DNA of 61,845 nt from Tubiluchus corallicola. Lineage: Eukaryota; Animalia; Priapulida. The notes under the pieces were generated by a model. The model ran no database searches, was not told the DNA's origin, and was given only the letters and a program-made list of their open reading frames with translations. The position numbers and the translations under genes are program-made. Positions 21,694 through 36,111 of this stretch are shown piece after piece. The stretch is taken from the NCBI GenBank assembly GCA_030141605.1, contig JAQGDQ010000500.1, forward strand, positions 1 to 61,845, given 5' to 3'. Position 1 is the stretch's first letter; every line of letters starts with the position of its first letter.

Positions 21694-23823
21694 ATGGAGA
21701 GAGGCACGGCAACAATGAAAAGGGGAAACACGGCAACGGTAGGCAAACCATTAGTAGATCGTCGTGTCAAAACTGTAACAACCGAAGCAAAACCTGTCGG
21801 AAGGCTAACATCAAGCGGTTATGGGAATAGGGCAATCTATCGCCCTGCAACTGGGATGAGCATCAAGGATTCGCAGGATACGTTGGCAGCTGCTTTGAAT
21901 GAACCATTTGATGTTGACTTAGTTGGTCAAACTTCGGCTGAAGTCCAAGAAAATCTGATGAAGAGACTTCTGGAAATGGAGCAAACTGTAAAGCAAGTAG
22001 GAAAGGGCGCTTCGGATTTTCGCGTGATGTTGAAATCCATGAAGAGAAATGCCCAGTACCGGGACCTATCGCACGATCAGTTAGAAAAATATACAAAGCA
22101 GAGAAATGACTTCATACAGCAAGTTATCGAGTTCTACAAAGCTAACCAAGTATTGCGTGCATTGATGATCAACTTCCACGAACGCGTTGCCACAAATGAA
22201 AAGTTGGAGCAAGAAAGGGACATGCTGCTAAAAAAAGTGGAGATGTCCGATTGCGAAAAGCACGACTTTCATCAGCAAATAGGCAAGTATGAAGCACTAA
22301 CAGCAATGACAAAAAAAGACTATGAGAAACTCCAGGAAGATTATCAGCATTTACTACAGCAACAGAACGAGTTAGAAGTCAGCCTAAGCGAGCTGGAACA
22401 TCAGCTCAGAGAAAAACAGGGCGAACTGAATCACTTTGTTGCACATTATAAAAACCTGGAGAATGAAATTCAGAGGAAGATAAACGAAAACAATCAGGTT
22501 TGGCAAAAATGCGAAGAGATTGAGGAAAACCTTAAGAGTGAAAGGGAGGCGCATAAGCAGCACAACATTGAAGAGCAAAAGCGAAGCAAAGCTGCTCTAG
22601 AGGGAGTGAGGAGCAAGCTCGCTGAAGCCCGAAAAGAGTTAGACAAGAAAGACGACCAGGTTAACGAATACAAATCACGATGCGAGGAGCTGAATGAGGA
22701 AAACAAATCATTAAAAGAGAAACTGGCAACAGCTGAAGTTATGTGGGAGAAGCAAACCGAATTGAATTGTGAAGCAAAGACAAAGGAAACAAATCCGAAT
22801 AATACTGGTAATGAAATTGTAAAAGTGAAGCAAGAACCGATTGAATCAACCTGGTATAATACCGGTTATGATTTTGTCAATGTAAGGCAACAGCAGAATG
22901 AAAAAACATGGGATTATACCAGCGATGGAATTGTCAAAGTAAAGCAGGAACCAAATGATGCAGCTCCGGATAATACTGGCAATGATTCTGTTAAAATGAA
23001 GCAACAGCGAAATGTAACAGTGCTGGATAATGTCGGTGATGAAATTGTTAAACTGGAACAGTGGGCAAACGAAACAACCCAGAACAGCACCGATATTGAA
23101 GCTGGTAAATTGGAACAATGGCCAAATGATGCAAACCTGCATAGTACAAGTAGCGAAATTGTTAAAGTGGAGCAGCAACTGAATGAGGCAGTTGTGGAAG
23201 TAAATACGTACAAGATCCAGCGCGATGCGCTTACCAACGAGACGAAACAACTGGAAGAAAAACTGGAATCCATGTTAGGCACTTCGCATTTGGAAGCGGC
23301 TTTACAACAGCTGAAGGAGAGCAAAGACGTCGGACATGAAGAAACCAGTGCAGAAGTACGCGTGCAACTTGCCAAAAAGGACAAGCACATAGTGGCATTG
23401 CAAAGGGAATTAAGGTCCGTCAAGGCTGAATGCAATGCAGTGAAAATTGAGTGTGGTAAAAGACAAGCTTTGAATGAATTGCTGAAAAGCGAGCTCGACT
23501 GCATTCTATCGGATACAGTCGAAACACCGGAACAGATGATGGAGCGAAGGATGTCTATTCCGACAGGAAGGACTGCCCCGTCATTCGCCAAGGGTGAGTT
23601 GGTTAAAGGCATGCCAGATGAGGCTCTTAAAAAAGAATTAGGTGAGAAAGTTAAAGACGAGCAGGTTAATAACACCAAAGATATTGAAAAAGGGGAGATG
23701 GTCAAGGCTGAGATGGTCGGTTCTGACCAACAGTCCAATTCGGATGCTATGCCTGTCCACACTGGAGAAGAAACTTTGCACCAAAGTTTTCCGAAGCTTT
23801 GTCCTCTTAATGTAGTCAAGTAA
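21694..23823 (+). CDS. ODF2-like: ODF2/cenexin-like coiled-coil protein, paralogue 3 (709 aa, uninterrupted ORF)
   Basis: Core highly similar to paralogue 1 (DSQD.LAAALNEP.D.DL..QTSAEV.E.LM.RLLEMEQ...GKGASDFRVMLK); ~21-aa internal repeats; shared C-terminal LAKKDK.I..LQ...VKAEC motif. Confidence 0.85.
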   Translation: MERGTATMKRGNTATVGKPLVDRRVKTVTTEAKPVGRLTSSGYGNRAIYRPATGMSIKDSQDTLAAALNEPFDVDLVGQTSAEVQENLMKRLLEMEQTVKQVGKGASDFRVMLKSMKRNAQYRDLSHDQLEKYTKQRNDFIQQVIEFYKANQVLRALMINFHERVATNEKLEQERDMLLKKVEMSDCEKHDFHQQIGKYEALTAMTKKDYEKLQEDYQHLLQQQNELEVSLSELEHQLREKQGELNHFVAHYKNLENEIQRKINENNQVWQKCEEIEENLKSEREAHKQHNIEEQKRSKAALEGVRSKLAEARKELDKKDDQVNEYKSRCEELNEENKSLKEKLATAEVMWEKQTELNCEAKTKETNPNNTGNEIVKVKQEPIESTWYNTGYDFVNVRQQQNEKTWDYTSDGIVKVKQEPNDAAPDNTGNDSVKMKQQRNVTVLDNVGDEIVKLEQWANETTQNSTDIEAGKLEQWPNDANLHSTSSEIVKVEQQLNEAVVEVNTYKIQRDALTNETKQLEEKLESMLGTSHLEAALQQLKESKDVGHEETSAEVRVQLAKKDKHIVALQRELRSVKAECNAVKIECGKRQALNELLKSELDCILSDTVETPEQMMERRMSIPTGRTAPSFAKGELVKGMPDEALKKELGEKVKDEQVNNTKDIEKGEMVKAEMVGSDQQSNSDAMPVHTGEETLHQSFPKLCPLNVVK

Positions 23824-23972
23824 AGGATAATGTACATGCGAGTTACTATGGAAACATCTTCCCTTGCATCTCATAAACGTTTAATAATACAGACTTCAGT
23901 TAATGCAAATTTGTCTTGATGTTTGTTTGCCATTTTTTATGAGATAAAATGTTTCGCGGGTTGTATACTCTT

Positions 23973-24915
23973 CAATACACAAGACACTTTAAGCAATACA
24001 CAATACACTATACTCAATACACAATACTCAATACACTATACTCAATACACAATACGCAATACACAATACGCAATACGCAATACGCAATACGCAATACGCA
24101 ATACGCCATACACAATACTCAATACACAATACACAATACACAATACACAATACACAATACACAATACTCAATACTCAATACTCAATACTCAATACACAAT
24201 ACACGATACACAATACACTATACTCAATACACATTACGCAATACGCAATACGCAATACACAATACGCAATACACTATACTCAATACACAATACTCAATAC
24301 ACAATATGCAATACACTATACTCAATACACAATACGCAATACACAATACTCAATACACAATACGCAATACACTATACTCAATACACATTACGCAATACGC
24401 AATACACAATACGCAATACACAATACGCAATACACTATACTCAATACACTATACTCAATATGCAATTCACAACACGCAATACACCATACACAATACGCCA
24501 CACACAATACTCAATACTCAATACACAACACGCAATACACAATACGCCATGCACAATACTCAATACTCAATACACAACACGCAATACACAATACGCCATA
24601 CACAATACTCAATACTCAATACTCAATACGCAATGCATAATACAGAGTATGCAATACACTATACTCAATAAATAACACTCAATACGCAATACTCAATACT
24701 CAATACTCAATACTCAATACTCAATACGCAATACGCAATATGCAATACACAATACACAATACTCAATACTCAATACACAAGACACAATACACAATACACA
24801 ATACTCAATACACAATACACAATACTCAATACACAATACTCAATACTCAATACACAATACACAATACTCAATACTCAATATACAATACTCAATACACAAT
24901 ACTCAATACACAATG
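23973..24915. repeat. 7-bp satellite CAATAC(A/G/T)
   Basis: Directly visible; produces the spurious NTQYTIH ORFs. Confidence 0.97.
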
Positions 24916-25039
24916 CGGTAATTACGCCATTAAAAATTACAGGGTGCATTGCTTTTGATAGTTATAAGCACGTCTATAATACAATGAAAATACCATTTTC
25001 AGATTACACGTTTTTATCTGAATTAAGTCTTTAAAATTT

Positions 25040-25530
25040 TTCAAGTTAAAGCCATTTAGAATGGAAGCCACGTGAAAGCCAAATGAAAGCCATTTGGAAG
25101 ATATCATTCTATCAATTTGATCATTGGGGGTTTTATTTTTCGAATCGGGCCCACTGGGACGAATGGGAGGGGCGAAAAACCTCCAAAATGGCCATTTTCG
25201 GCCGTTTTTTGCAAAAAATGGCAAAACTGATAGCTCTTATTTCTAGAGAACGGGAATGTGTCGGGGGCGGTGTCAGATAGCCCGTTCAGCGGTGGGTGTC
25301 ATAGACGTATTTAGAATTTGAGAGAGGGCCACGGCGTCCCGTAACGGGCATTTTCCCGGACACAACTCGCGATTTTTTCGAAATTTTCTGCCAAACACCC
25401 GGTAGAAAAAACGTTCTAGCGGCGCCTGGTGGGACTCTCGGAAGGAGATATATGGCTCTTTAGAAAGAGGAAGAACAGGGCTATACGATGATGTGGGCCT
25501 TGCTTTAGGACACGTTCACCAAGAGGAGTG
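25040..25530. mobile_element. GC-richer interspersed repeat, probably a non-autonomous DNA element
   Basis: Contains the inverted homologue of 7315-7410; abrupt compositional change; no coding capacity. Confidence 0.5.
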
Positions 25531-26557
25531 CCGACGAGTTAATTTGATATTCCATTTTTGACAATTCTCACTTGGAAAACTGCTGACGCAAAGCCACTGT
25601 TCTTACGTCGTCCGTTATACTCTGCCTATAACCTTAATTCAGTAACTGCTGCTGGCTTTGCATTAGGTAAACAATCCAACACTAGGTAGAATGTTCGGGC
25701 ATTGTTGATTATAAGTGGATTCATACGCAAATTTTTTTGCGGGACTTTTGCTGCTCGTTCGACTAAGGTCATTTAGCAATTAATTTGATCATTTGCTACA
25801 TTCTGGTAACTACGCATGCAACCAATGGAAGCATTTCCTTTCTACACTAAACCTACATGAAAGCATTGCATTCAGGGATAATGGGTGGCTACAAGAAGAG
25901 AAGTCAGTGATTGCATCAGTGTCCAATTTTGTTTAGAGAATGTAGAATGTTGTTGTGCAGCTTTTATTTACACTGGATATTATTGTGCTTGAATGTTTTT
26001 GATCGACCTTGAAAAGAAAAGGGAAGGTTGCAGCATTAGCAGATCTACGAAAACGTAGCATAAATGAGCATTTCATATCTGCTCATTGATGTACACCTGC
26101 CTTTGAAAGTTACATGATTCATTGATGATTTCTCTTTCCAAAGTACTTGAAGTTTTTTTTACTATTCTTAATTCTTAATTTTTTATTAATAATAAATTAT
26201 TTGTCATTAAAATGGTTCACTCATTATAATAAAATTGAGTAAGCCTCAGCGTAATGTTAAGATAACAACACTGTTCAAGACAAATCAGTAACGCATTATA
26301 TAAATTGTGGCCACACTTTTGCTGTGTAATTATTAAGAAATCAGTGAATGCATTATATAAAATGTGTAACCAAATAACATAATTTATTGAACTCACAAAT
26401 ATCCAAATTTAATTATTGCACTTTTAGATAAATTTCAAATTAAATCAAATTCTGATAAAAGTGGTCACCGATAACAGGTCACACTTCTCTTTTATGGGCA
26501 AGTTAACGCATCTTAAACCAAATGCATTTGTTACACACGCATGAAGATACTGTTTAA

Positions 26558-27248
26558 AGCACAAGGAAACCCCTCATAAACATAAAGCTTAAAAAATTCG
26601 ATTTGAAATTTTACATCACTTACATACTGCCTTTTTGTGTGCAGGACTTCAATCGGCAGTAACGCTGTATAAAACATGTAAATTTAAACTCCTGCGATGA
26701 CCGTTAGACGCAGCCATTTTCACGACAGGTCATTTGAAACAAGTTTAGATAACATTTTGTAAAGTTTGAAAAAATAATCAGAGCATTCGTAGCGCACAAG
26801 TCACTAACTAAATAAAATTCAAAATTACTGTGTCTTGTCAATAAGATAAAAAGTAAAAATATACGTTTTTGGTTACTGAGTGGTGCACCCTGGAGGGTGA
26901 GTCAGCGACATCTTACCAATTGGTGAAAACATTTTAAATAATTAATAATTTTCTTTTCTAGTTACACAAGTCTTTCTAGCAAGTTAGCGAAAATCTAAGT
27001 AATACAGGTTTGCACGGAAAGTCTTTTGAGATATAATTTAACATTGCCTTTTCTTCCCTTGATTTACGTTTGGTGCGTGACGTCATGTAATGGCGATTTC
27101 GGAACAGTATAGCGGGAGATTTAAAATCAAAAACAAACTAAAGTTCCTTTCAGTGCGAGTAAGATATACGCATAAAATTGCTATAAACTAATATAATTTT
27201 TAAAGCGATTTTTCTGAAACCTACTTCAGGTACCCCTTTTCTTGTCCT
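26558..27248. mobile_element. Candidate Kolobok-type MITE (TTAA target duplication, short TIRs)
   Basis: TTAA|AGCACAAG ... CTTGTCCT|TTAA; 7/8 terminal inverted match only. Confidence 0.4.
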
Positions 27249-27373
27249 TTAAGCATACTATCTAAATATACTAAGGCCGCCAATGAAGCCAGGCAGATTA
27301 GAGCGGATTTTCCGACAACTACCATGGAATTTTGAAATTTAACAATACGCAAATTGGGCTTCCTATGACAAAG

Positions 27374-27425
27374 GTTGCTAAGGCTACACGACTCCCGTCA
27401 CTGTGGTGAAGTCTCTCGTGGCAAC
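27374..27425. promoter_or_regulatory. RFX X-boxes upstream of paralogue 4
   Basis: GTTGCTAAGGCTAC (reverse complement GTAGCC-TT-AGCAAC, consensus match) and GTCTCTCGTGGCAAC at 27411-27425. Confidence 0.6.
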
Positions 27426-27610
27426 CATTTTGGATCTACAAAAGCCTCATCATCATGTGAGTTTGTGGCATAAAGACGGTGTGCTAATGCTGGCACCAAG
27501 CGTGCTGTCTTCAGATTTTGTTGAACAGACGACTAGACAAAAATCTTCAGTAGTGAAAATGTTTTGACTCATGTTCAATTTCCGATAAAGATCTCGTATT
27601 TTGCAAAAGC

Positions 27611-30600
27611 ATGAGCCGCAGACAAACAGGTGGAGCTGTAAGCGGTTCCCCCACAACAAGGACAGCCGAGCAGAAGTATCGAGCAAAAAGCATCCCATTT
27701 CGGACACCTCCCACCACCTCGCCGCGTGGTAGTCTCCCATTTGGTCGCTTTCGAAGTGAGGTGCCCGCACATTCGCCAAACCTGTTTGATTATTCGATTC
27801 GGGAAAGCCCGCCGAGTGCCGGAGGTTCACCGGTAAAACTGTCATCTCCACGAGAAGAGTGTGAAGACAGTCAGGTAGATGGCTATCCGACAGATGTCAG
27901 TGCTGTTCAAGAACCCAAGAGTGATGAGACTCGTAATCCAGCAATCATAAAGCCATCACCACGACAGTATGCAGCACAGTTTGACGACGGACCGACACCG
28001 TTTGCGGTTAGTCCCGGTCCGTTTACTCATGGAAGCGATCGTCCAGGAAGTGCTCCTCTTTCTGCCAGTTTAGAACAAGGAAGAGCCGTGCCAACGCCAT
28101 TTGCCGCAAAGTACCCGCCGCCGCTGAAAGAAAGGCCCGCTTGGGCACAGCCATTACCTAGAATTAGTACGGCACCCAGAACGGCTCCCTTAGGCAATGA
28201 AAGAATATGGCGGCCCTGTTATCAAGATCCGTTGTCGCCTCTGCAGTCACAGCACAATCGTGTACCAGGGCAGGGCGAAACCGTTGATGAAATACTCAAG
28301 AACGCAGAAGTCATGGCACGACAACAAAGCTTGAGAAAAATGACTGCAGAAAATTGGGAAAGTCTTCCACAGAAGCTGATAGACATCGAACAAATTGGAC
28401 AGGAAATAGGAAAGGGAGCTTCCGAAGTGCGGATAATGATGAAGGTGTTAAAGAGGAGGAAGCAAGAGAAGCGTTTCATAGAGGCGGAAGACATGTCGCG
28501 CTTTGCTAGGCAACGAGCGATTCTGGCCGACAGAATTACCGAGTTTGACAAAGCCTGTCACGAGTTGGGTCACTCGCTAATCGATGCTCACGAGTATGTG
28601 GCAAAAAACGAACGCATGCAGCAGGAGAGACAATTGCTCTTAAAACGCGTAGAGATCATGCAGCAAGACATAACGGACCTCCGACAGCAGTTGATGCAAT
28701 ACGAGGAGCGCATATCGTACGCCGTGAGAGATTACGAAACCCTCGAAGACGAGTGCCAACATTTGCTAATTCAGCAAAACACTAAGGAAGCCGTGGTAGC
28801 AAATCTAGAGAATCAGGTAATGAATAAGGAAGGCGAACTGGGTCACGTTGTGCAGCACTACAAAAAGTTGGAAAACGAATTTCAGAGTAAAATGGAAGAA
28901 AACGCACAACTGTGGCAGAAATGTGACGAATCGGACAACACATTTAAAGCAACAAAAGACTTATACGAACAACAAGCAATGGCAGAAAACAGACAAATTG
29001 GAACGACATTAAACATTATGCAAGACAGGTTGACTGACTTAGAAAAGGAACTAAACCAGAAACGGAAAGAAGGTGACGAGTACAAGTTGCAGCGTGAGGC
29101 ACTTCAGTTGGAAAAGCTGAACTTGCAAAAGGAGTTGGATTTTGCTGTTAAAGAAAGAGAAAGAAATCAAACCTTGGAAGCCAGCAGAAAAGATAGGCGA
29201 CTAAATGAACTGAAAGTGCAGCTAAATGAAAAACTCGAACAGAAGGCGCAGTATAAACAACAATGTGAGTTACTCCAGATTGAGAAAACGAAATTACAAG
29301 GTGAGTTGGGTTTGTTTTCTGAGGACGTGAAGCAACCTCAAGGTGTGTCAGGCAAACGTGCAGACCAAGTGGGTCATAGCTACCCCGGAAGCAGAAATGT
29401 AAGCAACGTTTATCAAACCAGTGTAGCAAGAAGTGGTACAGCCAGCCCATATCGAGGTGCTGGGAATGACGTGGGCAGAATTACGGATAAAAGCAGAATG
29501 GAAGAATGGAAACCTCCAAGAAGTGGTGTAATGAGCCCCTATCAAGTTGGAAGCAGAGATGCAAGCAGAACACCAAGAAGTGACGTAACGAGCCCATATC
29601 AAGGGAATGATGTACGTGCAAAAGAGTGGGATCAAAGCAAATCACCAAGAAATGGTCAAATGATCCCAAGTTATAAAACTACGAACCAGGAAGTAAGCAG
29701 AATGGGCCAAAGCAGATCACCGGGAGGTGGTGCGCAGAGTCCATATCAATGCGTTTGGACTGAAATGGGTCAAAGTCAAACCAGAGGCAACGATGTAAAT
29801 ACATTGCAAGAAAACAAGCCTCCAATAAATGATGCTGTAGTGAACACATGCTATGCTGCGAGTTTCACGGAGAACCGAATGGATGGAAGTATGTTGCCAA
29901 GAAGTGGGGAAGTCAGTCCATATCAAGCTGGAAGCAGGGACCTAAGCGGAACAGACCCCCGAAGCAAATCTCTAGCGAGTGGTGGTGAATGGAGGCCATA
30001 TCAAGCTAGTAGTAGAGATCCTGGTAGAACAGATCAGAGCAAGTCTCTAATGAATGGTGGCGCATGGAACACGTATTACGCTAAGGGTTTCGAGGCAAGC
30101 GCAATGAAAGACTATAAACTGCCAGGAAGTGGTGAAGTGAGTCCATATCAAGCTTGTAGTAGAGAACCAAGTGGAACAGATCAGTGGAAGTCTCCTGCAG
30201 ATAGTGGAGTAGTGAGTCCATATTATGCTGCTAGTAGTGGAGCAGGTAGAGTGGAAGCAAGTAAATCACCAAAAAGTGGCGGAATGAATCCATATGTAGC
30301 TTCAAGAGAAGCAAGCGGAGTTTACCAAAGCAAATCACCAAGAAGTGGTGAAATGAGTCCACATCGAGCGGGAAGCAGTGAGATGAGGAGAACAGATGAA
30401 AGGACACCACCAGGGAGCCCGTATTCAGGTTACGGTACTGATGCAGGTGCAGTGGATCAGACCCAGGTTGGAAATGCAGAGGTTATCAGGACAGAAAGAA
30501 GTGGTGAACTAGTAATAATCAACAATATCAGTTGCCCACATCAGGATTACAGAAGTGGCATGGAAATAATGGAACGAACACAGGCTGCAAGCGGAGACAG

Positions 30601-31681
30601 AAGCAGCGAACGTTTGCCGGGAATGTCAAACCAACTTCCTGTCGAGGAAACCAGAACGGGAACTGTGGGTTCAATAGAAATGTTAAACCAACGTCAAGTT
30701 GAAGCAATTAGAGCAGAGGCTGCCGGTTCAGTAGGAGCTGCAATTCCACATTCAGATGTGGAAGATAAAGCAGAAACTGTAGAAATGGAGCAAAGTGCAA
30801 AATGTGGAGCCGATGTGTTAGACGAAAGCCAGGTGAAAGCCATGATGGTGGACGCCTCACGTAGATCCAGTATCATGGAAAAATTAGTTGGCAAACAGAA
30901 AGAAATATGTACATTACAACAAGAGCTAGCAGCGGTCAAGACCGAATGCACCGAACTGCATCATGTCAAAACTTCCCTGGAGCAGGAACTAGAGGAAATG
31001 TCGGATAGAATGACAGACCTGGAAAAACAAACAGAAACAAAAGCAGATGACAGTGCAGTAGAAATCTGTGTAACACCTGCAGATAATGTTAGCAAGGAAG
31101 ACGCAGCTGTACAAGAAGTGAATAGGGATGGTGGTGAAGTAGAAATGTCTGGAGAAACCAACGGTAATGGTAGTAAAGAAGCAGGTTTACAAGAAACAAA
31201 CACCGACGCTGGAAATGTTGACATCTCTGGAGAACCCACCGATAATACTAGCAAAGAAGCGGTTTTGCAAGAAGCAAAGACAGATGATAGTGAAATAGAA
31301 GTCTTTGAATTACCTGGTGTTGATGCTTGTGAACGACAAGCGCCTGTTTTAGAAGAAACAAAAGCTGATAATGGCGAAGTAGAATTCTGCGAAAGACCCT
31401 TAGATAATCCTAACGAACAACAAGAAAATTTACAAGAAACGAAGGTGTTTGAAGTGTCATCTGCAACACTTCAAGACGAAACAACTTTAGAAGAAACGAA
31501 GACGAATGAATATGAAGAAGAAGAAGGTTTAGAAGATGGTGAAGCTGCTAAACCTGCTAAACGAGTCAGTTTTAATGAGGGAAAACAAACTGCTACAGAC
31601 GTAGTGGAAAACGCCAACTCCAATTCGTCCAATCACAAGACAATTACTGCTGATGTAACTGTTACATTTCGAAAAATATAA
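27611..31681 (+). CDS. ODF2-like: Divergent ODF2/cenexin-like protein, paralogue 4 (1356 aa; SPY-repeat insertion, acidic tail)
   Basis: N-terminal YRAKSIPFRTPPTTSPRGSLP matches paralogue 1 YRASIPFSTPPSSSPRSSLP; core GKGASEVRIMMK..ARQR..NERMQQERQLLLKR..YEER..HYKKLENE; C-terminal ADVTVTF vs ADVQVMF. Confidence 0.82.
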   Translation: MSRRQTGGAVSGSPTTRTAEQKYRAKSIPFRTPPTTSPRGSLPFGRFRSEVPAHSPNLFDYSIRESPPSAGGSPVKLSSPREECEDSQVDGYPTDVSAVQEPKSDETRNPAIIKPSPRQYAAQFDDGPTPFAVSPGPFTHGSDRPGSAPLSASLEQGRAVPTPFAAKYPPPLKERPAWAQPLPRISTAPRTAPLGNERIWRPCYQDPLSPLQSQHNRVPGQGETVDEILKNAEVMARQQSLRKMTAENWESLPQKLIDIEQIGQEIGKGASEVRIMMKVLKRRKQEKRFIEAEDMSRFARQRAILADRITEFDKACHELGHSLIDAHEYVAKNERMQQERQLLLKRVEIMQQDITDLRQQLMQYEERISYAVRDYETLEDECQHLLIQQNTKEAVVANLENQVMNKEGELGHVVQHYKKLENEFQSKMEENAQLWQKCDESDNTFKATKDLYEQQAMAENRQIGTTLNIMQDRLTDLEKELNQKRKEGDEYKLQREALQLEKLNLQKELDFAVKERERNQTLEASRKDRRLNELKVQLNEKLEQKAQYKQQCELLQIEKTKLQGELGLFSEDVKQPQGVSGKRADQVGHSYPGSRNVSNVYQTSVARSGTASPYRGAGNDVGRITDKSRMEEWKPPRSGVMSPYQVGSRDASRTPRSDVTSPYQGNDVRAKEWDQSKSPRNGQMIPSYKTTNQEVSRMGQSRSPGGGAQSPYQCVWTEMGQSQTRGNDVNTLQENKPPINDAVVNTCYAASFTENRMDGSMLPRSGEVSPYQAGSRDLSGTDPRSKSLASGGEWRPYQASSRDPGRTDQSKSLMNGGAWNTYYAKGFEASAMKDYKLPGSGEVSPYQACSREPSGTDQWKSPADSGVVSPYYAASSGAGRVEASKSPKSGGMNPYVASREASGVYQSKSPRSGEMSPHRAGSSEMRRTDERTPPGSPYSGYGTDAGAVDQTQVGNAEVIRTERSGELVIINNISCPHQDYRSGMEIMERTQAASGDRSSERLPGMSNQLPVEETRTGTVGSIEMLNQRQVEAIRAEAAGSVGAAIPHSDVEDKAETVEMEQSAKCGADVLDESQVKAMMVDASRRSSIMEKLVGKQKEICTLQQELAAVKTECTELHHVKTSLEQELEEMSDRMTDLEKQTETKADDSAVEICVTPADNVSKEDAAVQEVNRDGGEVEMSGETNGNGSKEAGLQETNTDAGNVDISGEPTDNTSKEAVLQEAKTDDSEIEVFELPGVDACERQAPVLEETKADNGEVEFCERPLDNPNEQQENLQETKVFEVSSATLQDETTLEETKTNEYEEEEGLEDGEAAKPAKRVSFNEGKQTATDVVENANSNSSNHKTITADVTVTFRKI

Positions 31682-32039
31682 CCATTCACCTTCGGAATAT
31701 CTGTGCATGCAATTCTCTTCCTTTTTTAATTAATTGTGCTAGAAAGATTTATTCTTTCGTGTAATTCTTCGATTCTGATGTGATGGTTTTCAGTAAACGG
31801 TCGGCAACAATAAGAATTTCTCTGTTTTTTTTTAATTCCTGAAAAGCTGTATGTGCATATCACGTCTTAATTTACTAACATCATTTATTTTCGAACACAC
31901 GTGTACATAAGTGATTTATATAAGTAGATTAGTAGCAAAAATAAATTAAATTTCAAATGTTGTAACGAAAACGTACAACTGGACAAGGGGATTAACTTAA
32001 AGCACGCCTCATAGTGGGACACTTATCTCAATTGATAAA

Positions 32040-33257
<1,218 letters not shown>

Positions 33258-33834
33258 ATCCTTGCGGTACAACACTATCCATGAAACTACAACTGCATGG
33301 AATGCTTTTCCTCAAGGTTCATTTGAATATTGCAAACCCTATTTGAATTTGCAGGTTTATGCAATGAATATCAATGATGCAGCGAAATCTCTGCACGTTT
33401 GAACTAACAATTGCGACTGATTGCATTTATCTGTTACGTCGGATTTGCGATGCCTACGCGCACCGCATCACAATAACCGGAAGCTGCTGCGCCGACATCC
33501 CGCAGGATACCGCAACACGTTGGTTATTGTTTAGGAGGCTTCTCACATCTCAGCATCATAAACATTGACGTGTAAGATGTGTTGTGTTTTTCGTGCAATA
33601 CACGTGTAAAGATTTTTAATGGCTTCATGGTAATATGATAAGTTACGTTACCCTTAAGCTAAGTTCTGCATCGAAGGATATTTTTCTTGAAATCTTATTC
33701 TGTGCAGTTATAAATGAAAATAATCAGCGATGACCTCCAGGAAATTCGTTTTATATAACAGCACCTTTGTCGGTAAGCACACACTGCATTTAAAGGAAAA
33801 GTCAAGCTTTCTGTAAAATTAGGCTTAGATCGAT

Positions 33835-35273
<1,439 letters not shown>

Positions 35274-36111
35274 AATATTTACTTGTATTGTGAGATGATT
35301 TCGCGAAAAATTTTAGAATGACAAAATAATAAAAGTGTGATAAGAACTTCGCGTAATTAGTAAAATTACTTTAATGTTGCGATCATTTCATCATCATCAT
35401 CATCATTATCATACGCCCGTCACATCTGTTAAAGACATTGGGCAGGCAGAATTCTAAAATAAAAGAAATCTGCCTTCAGACAGGTAAACGCAGCAGTTAC
35501 GCCAGTGGCTTGTGAGCACCACGTCCGTTAAATCCGATCATTTCACGCTTGGGTGCTCCTATTTTGAGCGCCTCTTCTTCCACTAATGATGTTGTTCATC
35601 CGCGAAGAAAAGCAGTGCGCTGTCAATTTTCGTCAAAAGTACAATAAACTTCCGCAAAAAAATTAGGTCGCAAATATTGCGATATTTTTGCACGAACATT
35701 GGGTAATCTGTAAAAATTTGAAATAGTTTAAGCAGCGTGCACATACATGACGTCACGTAGGAAACGTCACGTAGTTCACCAGTGACGTCATGATTTTCAA
35801 GTGCATGGCGGCTACCACCACGACTGAAAATTTCTATGCAGCTGGTAGTGTAAATTAGCTTTATGCTTTACGAAAATTACTATGCTTGACAAAAGTTTTG
35901 CTGTTGCAAATTATGTTAGTTTATGATGTCATCAACAGTGGGCTTTATTTTTTGCTTTTCTTCAATTACCCTGTACAATTTGATTTGTATTCGTTGCCTG
36001 CTAGGTGAAATAAACAGGGGTTGAATTTGAATTTTCCTTTCTTCCTACCTGTATGTAATTCATTTTACTCATCTTCCTGCAGCATTATATCGATCATCAT
36101 TATTTATTTTC

